DNA of 63,944 bases, filler included, from Reticulomyxa filosa (Eukaryota; Protista; Foraminifera): NCBI GenBank assembly GCA_000512085.1. It is 24 parts of 24 records of this genome, joined end to end, with 100 filler letters (N's around TTAATTAATTAA, not from the genome) between each part and the next. Parts side by side here need not be neighbours in the genome. Positions count along the whole stretch, not along the records: positions 1 to 4,905 come from ASPP01027358.1; positions 5,006 to 7,379 come from ASPP01005165.1; positions 7,480 to 8,873 come from ASPP01000361.1; positions 8,974 to 12,345 come from ASPP01000461.1; positions 12,446 to 14,309 come from ASPP01000081.1; 19 more parts are not named here. One strand, written 5' to 3'. Of the stretch, positions 1 to 12,680 are shown piece by piece. Both the position numbers and the translations under genes were made by a program. The notes under the pieces are model-generated. The model did not search any database. It saw nothing but the letters and a program-made list of their open reading frames with translations, and was not told the origin of the DNA. Within the stretch, counting starts at the first letter, position 1. Every line of letters begins with the position of its first letter.

Positions 1-266
1 TGAAAAAAGAAGGAAAAAACACGATATGTTTAGGAACAAAAAATAGGAAACTCCATTTTTGTGAATAAATTGTACTTGCGTTTCATTTTTTTAATTTTTA
101 GGAATGTATTCTTCAATTCATTAGTAGGTATTTATTTTTAATTTTGTTATTCATTAACATATTTGATTTTTATTTTAGAACGGCCTTGAAAATCAATGTT
201 CAAAACAAAAAAAAGGATCAAACCAAAAACACATTTTCAATTCTGACCGACAAACTCAAATTTTTT

Positions 267-860
267 TTATGCCATCAAAGTGGCATTGATCCATCCACTC
301 TGTTGCAATGTTTGGTAGCACTCTCTTGGATTGGTTGGGTCAAATGAGAACAAGCCAGCAGGATTCGGAGTCGATGTTGTTCTTTGTTGATTCCTGGCCA
401 CCCCATTGCACAAATAAATTCTTTGTTATGTTGTCTAATCCATCACCCACAATGTAATGACTACTATTGGCATAATCTAATGCCATCACCCATCCTGTGT
501 GAAATTAAAATTTTTTTTTTTCTGAAAACCAATGATACAAAAAAATAAAGAATATATATATTTACATTTTAAAAAACAATGATATACTAAAAACGGGTTC
601 TTGGTTGCGTCATTAATTTTGTCGTAACAGTTACACTGAATAATTGCATCTAAGTAGTAAATGTTACAATCAGCATTATCACCGATACAACTTAATGGTT
701 CGCAAGGACCAAACACACAAACAAAGAAATAAATGACGATATTGATACCATGATAACATTTGTATGGTTTTATTTGATGTAGAAAATAAAAAGTAAGCAA
801 ACGAAACTTGCAATAAACTATTTCATGACTATGTGGTAATAAATGAACACGCAAATTCTT
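267..860 (-). CDS. Hypothetical Cys-containing protein, spliced, probably with a frameshift near 380; boundaries approximate
   Basis: Coding-like blocks GPCEPLSCIGDNADCNIYYLDAIIQCNC, then after an ACAG acceptor GWVMALDYANSSHYIVGDGLD, then in another frame PNPAGLFSFDPTNPRECYQTLQQSGWINATLMA*; no family recognised. Confidence 0.35.
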
Positions 861-1714
861 TGAAAATTTCCTTGCGTTCTTGTTGCGATTGCAAATATTG
901 CGTTACAACAATTCAACCAACTCAAAATAAGGATGACACATTATGTATAAAATTTTTGAGATTGGTAAGTGTAATACTACAGAACTCTTATTGATGGCAG
1001 TTTTCAATAAAGCAAAAGTAAATTAAATAAAAGAATAATAACAACAAAATGAAAGAAAAATAACGAAAAAAAGTGAAAGTTTTGCAGAAGCTTAGCCTAC
1101 TTGTGACTACTCAGTCCATTTAGAGTTCCGTCATATGTAGTATTGGCTTGCCCTACAATATTTTGATTTATGTGAGTTATTTGATTGTTCTTTCTTGTTT
1201 ATATTACTATTTTTGTTCACTAAAGATATTGTAACGTAACCTCAAACATCAAAGACAAACAGAAAAAAAAATGTTTACTTTCATAACAAATAGTATTACA
1301 ATTTAATAAAAAAAGATAAAAAGACTTAATAGTAATCGTTGAACCAAATTGTACTATTTATTACATTTCATGTTGTAGTATGCTCTGGTGCAGAAAATAC
1401 AAGTGCAATTATAGTAATATTTCAACTTGTTTCCTTCATTTAGGTATAATAAAGAAGCATGAACAGGTCAATACTGTCAAAGCTTGTGAGTGGTGTAACC
1501 ATAAACATTTAAGATAATCAATTTAATTTTTTGCTAGTTTTTGTTTGAGCAACGTTACCGTGCGGTATAGAAACACTTTTGGTTCAAAGGGGGACAGGGT
1601 GTTGCAAGAAAGCTCGTTATTATCCATTGAGAGTGAAATAATTAGCTTTTTCAATTAGTTTATCAGGCCACAACGTTTATTGTGATTTTTCGAAAAGTAT
1701 AACAAGAAACAAAC

Positions 1715-2563
1715 ATGCAGACATTAGAACGTGTCCGTCTTGACAAGACACCAGACGACAGGAAAAAGTATGATGTACTGGCCGATATCTACGCCATCAT
1801 AATCCAAGTCGAGCACCTAGAAATTGTGTGGTCACGTAATTGTTGCAGCAACGAAGAGTTTGGTGATATTTGTAAAAAGACATCCGAATGTATTACGGTT
1901 ACTCTGAAATGACAGTGATTTTGATAAAAGAGAGAAAAAAAGGGGACCAAAAATGCATATGTATACACGTATATAATTATATGAGCATAGATATGAAAAG
2001 GAATGTGATGATCTAATCCTTCGTTTTAAGTCAAACTTAGCGGCAGTATCAGTGTATTACAAAGACATGTCTACATTCTTTGATGAGTGGGCACCAGATT
2101 GCCATGCAGCCCGCAATCGATTACTGAAGGCAGGAGTTCCAGCAACCGTATATCACGGTGGTACTGGTAAAAAAATTAATGATGCCAAAGAAGTACAATT
2201 GTCTGTGGCCCAAACAGTGCAATATTTTATTACAACTATTGATGGATTGCAATTGAGTTTGAAGGCTGTTGATGAAGTTTAACTTTTTTTTTGCAAAAGA
2301 TATCAAATGATATGTATACTAAATAAACAATATTAAAAAAAAAAAAGGTGCACCCACACTTGAAAGAGTTGGCAATATCTTTGGGGAAAGTAAGTACTTT
2401 ACCAAGCAATCACTCGTCAAAAACCAATGTCCAGAAATGGTTGGAAAAATTAAACCAAATGAAAGCGTCAGATGAGTTAAGCGAAGAGGATATTCGACAA
2501 ATGTCCTTTGATTTGGAAAACAGTTATTCCGAATTTGTCAAATTCTTACAAGGTGGACAATAA
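1715..2563 (+). CDS. VPS28: ESCRT-I subunit VPS28, complete, 3 exons (1715-1857, 1991-2276, 2348-2563), 214 aa
   Basis: RKKYDVLADIYAIII..EHLE, EYEKECDDLI..FK, DC.AA.NRL..GVPATV, VQYFIT.ID.L.L...AVDEVHP.L, W...LNQM.ASDELSEE.IRQM.FDLE.SY; GT-AG introns join in frame. Confidence 0.95.
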
Positions 2564-3203
2564 TTAATTGTTGATGTTGGAGAGATACTTTCTTGTCTTT
2601 TGTTTTTTTTAATTGTTTGAGCTTTTCTACTGGCTCATTATCTGCTTTTTTTAGATATTAACTAATTTTTGATACTCCAACACAATGTTTTTTTGTTCTT
2701 CTGTTTGTTTGCTTGTTTTTACTTTTCCTTCTTAAAAAAAATTGCAGCATGTTCGAACTTTAAAACTGTTTTCTGCATTTTTACTTATCTTCCAAGTCAC
2801 CCGTTTAAATTGTAACAAAAAAAAACAAGGAATTTCTGACAATGACCATTAGTTCTGACAAAACCTAAACAATTGATGGAACATATTTAATGTAAAATCT
2901 TTTAGATGAAGATACTCACCAAGAAAATTTTAAGCAAATCAATAAGTTGTAATCCATATGACTAACACAAAGCAGATGATTGGTCATCTTTTGAGTTGTA
3001 TTCTTGTTTTCCTCATTGAGGTCCAAAATATCATAAAACTACAGGACTTTGATACTTTTCACGATCAAATGATGTAATAATTTTTCGTTCAGGAAAAAGG
3101 CAATGGAATAAAAGCCAGAATCAAGAGAAAATATAAAAACATGGGTTGTTGTGATATGACAAAAGTTGAAAAGTGAACCGAGTTTGAACGAAGGTTGAAA
3201 AAT

Positions 3204-4905
3204 TCACATTCGACTCAAAACAGGGATGCCCAACAAATCAAGTCCTTTAGAAAGAGTGTTTGCAACAGCTTCAGCAAACATAAGCAAAGTAATTTGACGG
3301 ACGGGGTCTTGGCAATTACGAATTGTATTATTTGGTTTGGAATACCATTGGCTAAACTTGGAAGCGATGCTGTGACAATAGCCGCAAAGAACAGATGGGC
3401 TTTTTTCGTCGCAAGCCTGCTTTACTTTGTTTTGAAAATGAGCCAATTCAAACAAGAGTTCTCTTTCCTCATCGCTGTCAAGAAGCGACCAATCAGGCAT
3501 GCATTTCGCATCAAGGGGCTCCACTAATCGACAAATGGAAGCCACTCTTGCGCACTGGTATTGCAAGTAGGGACCTTTTTTTATGTATTTATTCATTTTT
3601 TTTTTATTTTATTTATTTATTTTATTTTTTTTTTTTGCATACAAAACAAGATATTATTTTCGTAATGTCTCCGACCATATCATTTTAAAAAAAAGCACTT
3701 TACAACATACATATATACGTATACCAGTGTCGCCCGTTGACAACGTCCATTTTTGCAAATCAAAAACAATATCTTTGTTTGTGTCATGATTTAACATTCC
3801 ATAGCGTATGCAACCGACGCTAATGGCTCTTTCGGCATCTTTCAGTTCTTGCTCGCTCCAGGGCTGTTGTTCAACCGCTCTTGATTTTTTCTTGCAGCTT
3901 AGCTTTTTTTTTGATTCGAGTGATGTGTCATCAAGTGATGACACGTCGTCCTCGTGGTCACTGGAAAATAACTTGCCCGTGGCCTTCAACCTGTCAAAAA
4001 ATTTGGCATTGATTTCGTCGCAGAGGAGTTGCTTCAATTGTTGAAACAAGATGACGTTGCCCATTCGTGTGCTCATTTTGCCAGAAGAGAGTATGACCAA
4101 TCCGTAAGGCAAGTGAAAACACTTTTCGGCTTGCGAATATCCCATTTTTTTTAAGACGGCAAACACTTGCTTAAAATGTAAGCTTTGAGCGGCATCGACC
4201 ACATAAATGCTGTAATCCACTTTGTATTGATCAAACTTTCTCTTGGCCAAAACCAAGTCTTTGGTGGCATACAAACTCGATCCATCGGATTTTAGCAGCA
4301 TGCAAAACCCTAGGCCTTGGTCGTCTAATCGACAGCCAACGGCACCTTCGGACATTTCCAAGACCCCTTTGTCGTAATATTCGGTTACCAATTTGCGTGA
4401 TTCTTCAGAGCACTATTGTTAGCAGTATAATGGTATTTATTAAAACAAAAACAAAAAAAAAAAACATTATATTACATTACATATAAATAACTTCTGATTC
4501 ACAAAAGTCATGATCAAATCTTGCCCCAAACCATTTATAAATGTCGTGGAATTCATCAACCGACCATTGCCTAGTTTTTTTCCACAAGACATGCCATTGT
4601 GGGTCTTTGCGTTCAAGACCACTTAGCACTTGACGACTTTCTGCGACGTATCGTTCGTATACGTCGAGGATGCTCTCCGCATTGCGTTCGGTCACGCCGT
4701 AAGGACGCAGTTCTTGCAGTGACTTCCGGCCCAGCTCGACCAGTGACTCGCCGGGCACCAGTTTGGACTGGTCTACCATCCCAGCAGGACATTGATTCAG
4801 CACCAAAATGGGGTTGCAAGTTTTGTCACCGTCGATGTCCTCGTCGTTACCTTCGCGTGTGTCTTTCTGTTTGTTCTTACTTTTGCTTTTATTTTTGCTT
4901 TTATT
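3204..4905 (-). CDS. Arginyl-tRNA synthetase, 5'-truncated; exons 4905-4492, 4412-3725, 3574-3204
   Basis: KSDGSSLYATKDL, YVVDAAQSLHFKQVF, GKMSTRMG (KMSKS-like), spliced GDTGPYLQY..AR..SI, DALR anticodon domain ending GLDLLGIPVLSRM. Confidence 0.93.
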
Positions 4906-5005
4906 NNNNNNNNNNNNNNNNNNNNNNNNNNNNNNNNNNNNNNNNNNNNTTAATTAATTAANNNNNNNNNNNNNNNNNNNNNNNNNNNNNNNNNNNNNNN
5001 NNNNN
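4906..5005. other. Artificial contig spacer N44-TTAATTAATTAA-N44 (first of 23). Others start at 7380, 8874, 12346, 14310, 18104, 19360, 22520, 25530, 26637, 30262, 31989, 38676, 40315, 41454, 43054, 44795, 50694, 52486, 53586, 57524, 60454, 62398
   Basis: Identical 100-bp unit with stop codons in all six frames; base composition and gene content change abruptly across it. Confidence 0.98.
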
Positions 5006-6449
5006 AGATACAAATGCAGATACAAATGCAGGTGTAAATGGAAATACAACTCAAACTGCGAATGCAAATGAGACTGCAAATGAAATTGCAAATGCAGACA
5101 CCAATGCAAATGCAGACACCAATGCGCATGCACAAACACAAGTACAAACACAAGTACAAACACAAGCGCAAGCACAAGTACAAGCGCTTGCAGAAGTGAA
5201 ACCAAGATCAATGCCCGTGCATCAGCTGTTAATGGCCGCTTTTGCTCCGGTGATCAACGAATCACCGCGACAATTGCATCGCCGACAAAGTCGCAAGCTG
5301 CAAAAGAAAAGAGAGAAAACCGGATCCATTCTGCAACGAGTTTGCGATTACATTTATACCAATAAATAATAAATAAACAATATATGTATATGTATGTGAT
5401 GTTTACAAAGCCAGGGAAAGTGTACGAAAGCTTAGAGGCACTGCGATCGACATTCAAAGAGGTGGACGAAGACAAAAACGGGCGAATCGACTTTGAGGAG
5501 TTTTACGAGGCGCTGACATCGCTGGAAACGAAATTAAACCGAATGAAACAAAGCCAACTGTTTTTTAAAGTGGCCTCCAAAAAGTCCAAAGAAATCAACG
5601 TCAGCAATTTCTTGGAAACAGTCCGACTTAATTACAGAGACCATTTGTCCGCAACTTGTGATGATGTGCTCGAAACGTTATCCGAGGTTATTTTTTCAAA
5701 AAAAAAAAAAATACATATATACATATATAAATGTATATATGTACATATATGCAAATACAAAAAAAAAAAAAAAGCATGTGAAAAATCGGGTGCCGACATT
5801 AGACAATAGCTCATCGCACTCTTCATTGATATCGGATACGTATCCAACGAGGCTGGAGCGCGCATCATCGCAACCCCGAGTTCCTGGAAAGAGTAGCCAC
5901 TATCGTACAAGCTCAGTCACGAATGTGCACGCAAATGCAAATGCAAATGCAAATACGAATAAGAATATGGGCATAAATAAAAATATAAATAAGCATGGAA
6001 ACGTGAATGCAAACTCGAAGAAGATGGTGAAGCGTCCATCGATGGTGATGCAAGACGCATTTGACAAGGTGGAGAGTGTGTTGCACGATTGCGACAAAAA
6101 CGACGATGGCACATTGAGCATGGACGAATTCCTCTCATTCTTGAAAACGTACAAATTGGACGACAAACTCCCACTCTCGAGTCTCAAGATCATCTATCAA
6201 TTCTTGGCCGACGATAACCTGTCCGATGTCGGCGTTCGAGGCGAGGCCTCCATTGAATCTTTCATGTTGTCCTTCAAGCTGGTCATGAGCGATCATCCCA
6301 CGTATGGCACACGGCGTGCCGTATATCGGGTCTTGTGTCGCTGTTTAAAAGTTTTGCTTTTTTTTTTTTTTATTAAAAAAATAATTTTTTTTAAATTACT
6401 TTTTTTTTTTTTTTGTGAATAGATTGCCCAAAGCAAACACAAAGACTAA
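5006..6449 (+). CDS. EF-hand calcium-binding protein, 5'-truncated, multi-exon, with Asn/Ala/Thr low-complexity repeats
   Basis: Canonical loops DEDKNGRIDFEEF and DKNDDGTLSMDEF; introns at about 5688-5774 and 6351-6422. Confidence 0.75.
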
Positions 6450-7479
6450 ATTAATTTTTTTTATTAAAAAAAAAGTTGGAATATGCGACAATGTCGCTTA
6501 CGTTACCTTGTCATCTTAAAAAAAAAAACTATTTCATTTATATTTTGTTGTTTGTTTTTAATAACTTTTCTTTGTCAAAGGTGTTTGTCGGTTGTGTTGA
6601 TATTATCTTTCACCCTTTTTTTTTGTTGCTAGTATTTTCTCCCTCATCATTTTTTTCTTTTCGAAACCATTTCAAACACATCACTTTTTTTGTCTTTTTT
6701 TTTTAGTGTTTTGCGTATCGGCGTAAAAAAAAAAACACACCTTTTTGTGTTCTTCACTTTTGTATTCCACACACACAAGTTTCAACCACAAAAAAATAGC
6801 TGGGTTTTTTATGTTAGTGTTGTGGCTTTTTTTCTTCAAAGTTAATTGGGATCATCGACATAAAACAAATATCAATGTTCGGCGTATTATGCACTTGTTA
6901 AACATTATTTAGTGTTAAGTTGTTAAAAAAAAAAAACGAAAGCTTGAAATTTAAAGTGTGAAGTTGCGTAATTTTTTGTATTTGTTGAAGATCGACACAA
7001 ATAAAGTACAGATGCTTGCAAACTGTTGAAAAAAAAAGAACATGACAGACACCAAAAAAAAAAAATGGAACCACGTCCCTTTGTAACACACATTATAGAC
7101 TGTTTTAACATTCATCTAGAAATGCGTTTATTGACAGAATTTAATAGAAAATTTTACTTTTTTAAATAAAAGAGTACAATGTACAACTGGTCAATCAAAC
7201 TCAATTTTCGCAAATAATTTTGATCATTCGCCCAGCAAAGAACTCAGGAAAACTCAATGATAGTCGAACACTAACAATGATAAAATAGAACATATTGTTA
7301 TGTCTCACTAAATTGCTATGATTCTGTCAAACTACTGATGTGTGATTGTTAAAAATAACATTGCGTTCGACGTGATTTCNNNNNNNNNNNNNNNNNNNNN
7401 NNNNNNNNNNNNNNNNNNNNNNNTTAATTAATTAANNNNNNNNNNNNNNNNNNNNNNNNNNNNNNNNNNNNNNNNNNNN

Positions 7480-7517
7480 CCATTTTAGGTGTCAACTTTA
7501 CTTTGCATTCTACTGTA
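7480..7517 (-). mobile_element. Terminus of the Tc1-like TIR family
   Basis: Minus strand reads TA-CAGTAGAATGCAAAGTAAAGTTGACACCTAAAATGG, matching 10509-10546. Confidence 0.7.
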
Positions 7518-7769
7518 TTTTCCGACATTTTTTTTAATAATGGATTGCAGTGGGGTGTCAAGTGTTGGACTACTCTATCGCTGCTTTTTGCACTGTCTAC
7601 ATCATAAACTCAGGTCTTTAGTTAAAAGAGCACCTTCAAAGAAATAATCAAAAAATAAACAAAAGAAAGACACAACAGAAAATATAAAGTTATTTTAATT
7701 TAAATTGGTATTTGTCTTGAAGAAACTTGACAATTATTCAAATTCTTCTCTTGATATCGATCACGAACT

Positions 7770-8400
7770 TTGATCGTGATATCTGAACATTTGTCCATCA
7801 ATTGCAACGTAATTCTTAATACAGTAAACACTACATCAAGAAATGCTCAACATTATCTTCTTATTCACACTAAATACAATCAGGAGAATATGATCTTTGG
7901 ATGTTATACAAATAATCATTAAATCCAACTTTAAAATAAAATCTTTTCAAATTATTGTGACTACATCAGGTTAGACAGTAAATATCGTGGCATTGTATGC
8001 ATTAGAATATCAGTTCATTCACAAATCAAATATATATTCCATTGCTATGTAAGGAGGGTGCTCAGTCAATGATCATCCAGGAATGCCGCTGATAAATATA
8101 TCACAGCTTCAATAATTTCTTCTTTTGTAATATCACTAATGAATATCATCCAATTCCAATGGTTTTTATATCTTCAACCATGTTATAATGCTTATCATCC
8201 ACATCTTTTGGAGGCTGAGGATGTTCTGCAAATGTCTTTGCCAATAGATATACTTTTATCAGTATCTGATCTTGACACTGAATTTGTATCATTGTTCACC
8301 AATGCTGGAATAATACATATCTTATTGGTGTTCAATGCCTTGAATTGTGTGAATAGATTTGTATTTCATTCATGCAATGAGTTACCATATGCTGCTGTTT
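7770..8400 (-). mobile_element. Highly decayed non-LTR (LINE-like) retrotransposon relic
   Basis: Minus-strand LAKTFAEHPQPP..HY.MVE, ISDITKEEIIEAVIYLS (RT domain 0-like) and AFLDV..IDGQMF fragments with many stops. Confidence 0.45.
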
Positions 8401-9025
8401 TTTTAGATGGATTATGCGTCTGTATTTTGGATAATACAGTATTGATATGCCTGATCCCAGAAACCAACAACAACAATTCAAAATGACGTCGACACAAATG
8501 GCATCAGACTAACAGCCACTAAACGAAAGAAGCCAGATAGTGGATTAACGGATGGCGTTGTGAAGAAAGCAAAACATCAATATTCGACATTTCAAGTTGT
8601 ATTACACAGCTCAAGTATGCAACAAAACGAAGAAAAGAAGATTGATGAAATCACATTTGAAAATGTGGAAGAAAAACATGAAAGTTCAACGACAATTCAT
8701 GTGAAAAAAAAAAATTAATATTTATCCCATTCATCATTAATATTAACTATAATGCGATATATCTTAAGTTTTGAAGAAGTTTTTGAAAATTTACTAAAGT
8801 CGTTCGTCTAAGAAAGTTCATCAAGATTTTTCGGACCAAGAAAGAAATCTTTTAACTAGTTTTTTTTTATGGANNNNNNNNNNNNNNNNNNNNNNNNNNN
8901 NNNNNNNNNNNNNNNNNTTAATTAATTAANNNNNNNNNNNNNNNNNNNNNNNNNNNNNNNNNNNNNNNNNNNNCAAAAAAAATTTGATTATATCATATGA
9001 ATCAATGTTTTTGAGAATAAGAACG

Positions 9026-9155
9026 TACGGTAAATTGCAGAAAAAACTGACATACCTAAGTGGCACCTTTATGAAAATAATCAATTTTCTACATGAAAAA
9101 TAAACATTTAATCTTAATTTTTTAAAAATATACAAATATTGTAGTTTTTAATATA
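9026..9155 (+). mobile_element. Partial copy of the Tc1-like TIR
   Basis: TA-CGGTAAATTGCAG...GGCACCTTTAT...TTTTCTACATGAAAAA...TTGTAGTTTTTAA aligns to 9516-9640. Confidence 0.65.
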
Positions 9156-9517
9156 AATTTTTTTTATGTGTTTGATTCGTTTTTTTTTATTTTCGTTGTT
9201 ATTTTAATGTTTGGCTCTTTGAAATTATTTTGTTGCAGCGACAAATAAAAAGCTAACGTTAAAGATAGTTTTATTAATGATGTATTTGAATTTAAGATGG
9301 ACGCACTAAATTTTAATTTGTTGCAATAAATGAAATTTTTTTTGATGAAATTGTGTGGAAGTGATTGAACCAAATAACTTTAAAATATCAAACTAAGCAT
9401 TAAAAGTTAATGTCAAAATCAAAAAATCAAATTTTGGTAAAGGTATCATCATAATTTGGCTTGCTTTGACTCAAAAAATTTAGTCATTCCGCAAGATAAA
9501 TAACAAAGTCAATTTTA

Positions 9518-10544
9518 CAGCACAACGTAAAGTAAAATTGACATATAAAGCGGCACTTTATAGATATAACGATTTTCTTTATGAAAAAACAACACTCAGA
9601 CCTAATTTTAAAAAATATCTACGAATCGTGTACTTTTTAAATATCATTTTGGTTTTCATAATTGTATGAAAAATTTAAATATTTTATTGATTTTTCAAAA
9701 TTTTTGAGAAAAAGTTGACAATTATGCCTGCATCGTAACCATGAAATTTCCAACTTTTTAAAAGCAGTTTCAAAAAATGTTCCAACGTAGTATTTTCCGC
9801 CATTTTATTTTAAAAAATAACAAGATTTCTCAATGAAAACGAATAAACAAAATTTGTTGAAAAAATACATTAAAAATAAAAATCATTAATATAGTTAAAA
9901 AAACAAAAATAAATGACAGTAAAGCAATTTTGTATTAAGAATGTCATAGTTTTAAGTGAATACTTTTCAAATTTAATTTTTAATTTTCTCTTTTTGTTTT
10001 TTGGCAGTCTTATGTCAATTTTTTGGCTTGTAATTTAATAATTACTTATTTTTTTTCATAACCTATCTTTGGTCAAGCGCTACTGGCCATAATAAACAAG
10101 AAACATATTGCTTAAAAATAAATCACGCAAAAATTTTCAAAATTTTTTTTCCAAAATAACATCATCTTGGCTATTGTGACCATTTAGAAAATAAAAAAGA
10201 ACATAATAGTTTTAATTAATACTACAAATGTAAACCAAAAAGCTAATAATACAAAAAACATGTACAAACGCAGTCAAAAAACAAAAACGGCAAAAATTTG
10301 AAAAAAATTTCAAAAACCTAAAAAAGTAAGCAATTCTTTATTAAAACGAAAATTCTGCGAAAAAAATTATTTAAATTTTTGAACAATTAGTAAAGATTAA
10401 TAAAAAACCAAAATCATATTAAAAACTACACGATTCGTAGATATTTTTCAAAAAAATATGTCTGAATGTTGTTTTTTCATGAAGAAAATCGATCATCTTT
10501 ATAATGTGCCATTTTAGGTGTTAGCTTTCTTGTGCGTTCTACTG
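9518..10544. mobile_element. Non-autonomous Tc1/mariner-like DNA transposon (MITE/foldback), about 1027 bp, ~165-175 bp imperfect TIRs, TA target duplication
   Basis: 9518-9682 is the reverse complement of 10368-10544 (e.g. AAAAATATCTACGAATCGTGTA / TACACGATTCGTAGATATTTTT); ends TA|CAG...CTG|TA; no ORF inside. Confidence 0.8.
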
Positions 10545-11144
10545 TAGTTATGATTAGTTACTTTGTACATTTTGTAGTTTAAAAAGAGTTTCTTTTGAGA
10601 CAATCGGTTTCAATCTTCTTTTTTGTTAAATGTTCAAAATCATTTTTTGTGTTGTTCTACAATTTTTATCGAAACCAATCTGAAGTCAATGAAACCAAGT
10701 AATAACAGGAAACAAGACATTTTTTTATTGTTGAATTTGTCAAATCTATCAACATTTGGAGAAACGTTAGACCAGCGCTCTATCCGACGTAGAATGACAA
10801 ATCACAACATAGAAACTCGAATACTGATTACTTTTCAAAAAGATTTTCAATTAAACTTGTATCCCAAGGATTCATGATGAGAATGCAAACAAATACACAT
10901 AGCAATGTTTTAAATTTTATATTTTTTGGAGTAGGGACAAAAATGTTCAAAAGTTGACATTTCGTGATTCCTTGGACACTGAACTTGATATAAGTTTCAT
11001 TTCAAAAAAAAATATATAAATTGCAAACTAAGGATTGCCTCAAATTTCGTATCCATTCACAAAAAATTTTTGGCAAAACCCAAGCATCTAAATTCCCCGC
11101 CCATAGGATATGTAATGTAAGCTGTACTTGGAGTGTTCAGCAAT

Positions 11145-12345
11145 TTATTTCCAAAGTAAACTGTCAAAAGGGTCCCGTGCTTGTGGTTTTTGATAAGTGG
11201 CAGGAATAGGGCCGTTGTTGTTGTTGTTGTTGTTGGAAGAATTGAATTGACTGACCCCCAAACCAAGAAAGGGATCAGCAGGAGCTGCCTGCACTGGTGT
11301 TGGGTTTATTCCACTAGGTACATACACTACACTGGGTTGGACAGGATACACTAAGCCTGTAAATACATACAACAATTTGTATGCCCAGAAACGTGACAAC
11401 TTTTATCAAACAGTTGTGTGTTTATTTTATTGTATTTTTGGTATTCTCCTTGACTTTTCACCTGTGGGCAATGGCTGAGTGTTTTGCAAAGGGGCTGATT
11501 GTCCATTTAAACCCGTGTTGATTGTTTGCAAAAATTCATGATCAAACTTGGCTATTGACAGTGAGTATAAACAACAATTTGAGTGAAACAACGTAAATGC
11601 AGAATTGGACTTAAGATAAACAAAAATAGAGAAACTTGTCAAATCAATGTTTTGTTTCGATTGCATTTGCGACATTGTTTTGCCCTTTTTGTCGATCTTT
11701 TTTTGTGGTTTTTCGAGGGGTTGCAACGGATTGTCAAGTTTGGTCAATTGGGTCATCCATGCGTCCTATATTATTATTCCCATTATTTGTATAAATAAAA
11801 AAATATATTATACGTGTATAATATTTTTTTTTTTAAAAAAAGTATTTTATATGAATAGAATTTTGTAAAATTCGCAAGACAAAATTACCGAGTTGGAATC
11901 ATCGTCTTGTTTAGTCTCATTTGTGGGCTGTTCTTCATCGGGGAATAGATTGTCGTCATCGTCCCAATCCGCAAATCCAAATTTTCCGCCATCTTCTCCG
12001 ATATTGTTGGCCCCATCTTTGTTATACGTGGCAAAATCATCCAACCAATCATCGGACAAGATCGTACCTGTTCATTTATTTATTTATTTTTGCACACCGA
12101 GTTTCAAATCCCAAACATAAGCAATACTGTTTTTGTTTTTTTTTTTTTTTGTGCGTTTATTTGAACTAACCAGTCTGCGGCTTGGAAATGACAGTGATAT
12201 CACTCAACAAATCTTCGGCTGGTGCCAACTGTTGTTTTGGTTTTTTTATTTCTTTTTCTTTTTCTTTCTCTTTTTCTTTTTGCTTTTCTTTTTCCTTTGC
12301 TTTTTCTTTTTCATCCTTTTGTTGCGATCTTTTTTTTTTTTTTTT
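11145..12345 (-). CDS. C-terminal exons of a low-complexity protein with clathrin-adaptor-type motifs (possible endocytic accessory protein), 5'-truncated
   Basis: KE-rich stretch, then DDWLDDF, FGFADWDDDD, ADPFLG, RDPFDSLLWK*; exon boundaries not fully resolved. Confidence 0.45.
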
Positions 12346-12445
12346 NNNNNNNNNNNNNNNNNNNNNNNNNNNNNNNNNNNNNNNNNNNNTTAATTAATTA
12401 ANNNNNNNNNNNNNNNNNNNNNNNNNNNNNNNNNNNNNNNNNNNN

Positions 12446-12680
12446 AATCAGTTGAATTTGGAGGAAAATTCATTGTTTTAATTTTTTTTTGTTCTAACCA
12501 TTTCATAATTTTTTCCGATTTATGGCATGTTGCATTATCTTGCTGGAAAATCCAATCTTTTTTATTTTCTAAGCAGCAATTGACACTCTTTAGCATTTCG
12601 TCAGATAAAATTTCTTTATATATATCAGTATTTACTCCACCTTCCACCTTGCAAGTCAACTTTCTTTTTATCTTACTGTA
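12446..12680 (-). mobile_element. Internally deleted Tc1-like element: TIR end fused to a DDE transposase fragment
   Basis: YKEIL...WIFQQDNATCHKS...KWL....I....FPPNSTD (Tc1 DDE_3 motif FQQDNA..H...PNSPD); TA-CAGTAAGATAAAAAGAAAGTTGAC at 12680-12655. Confidence 0.85.
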
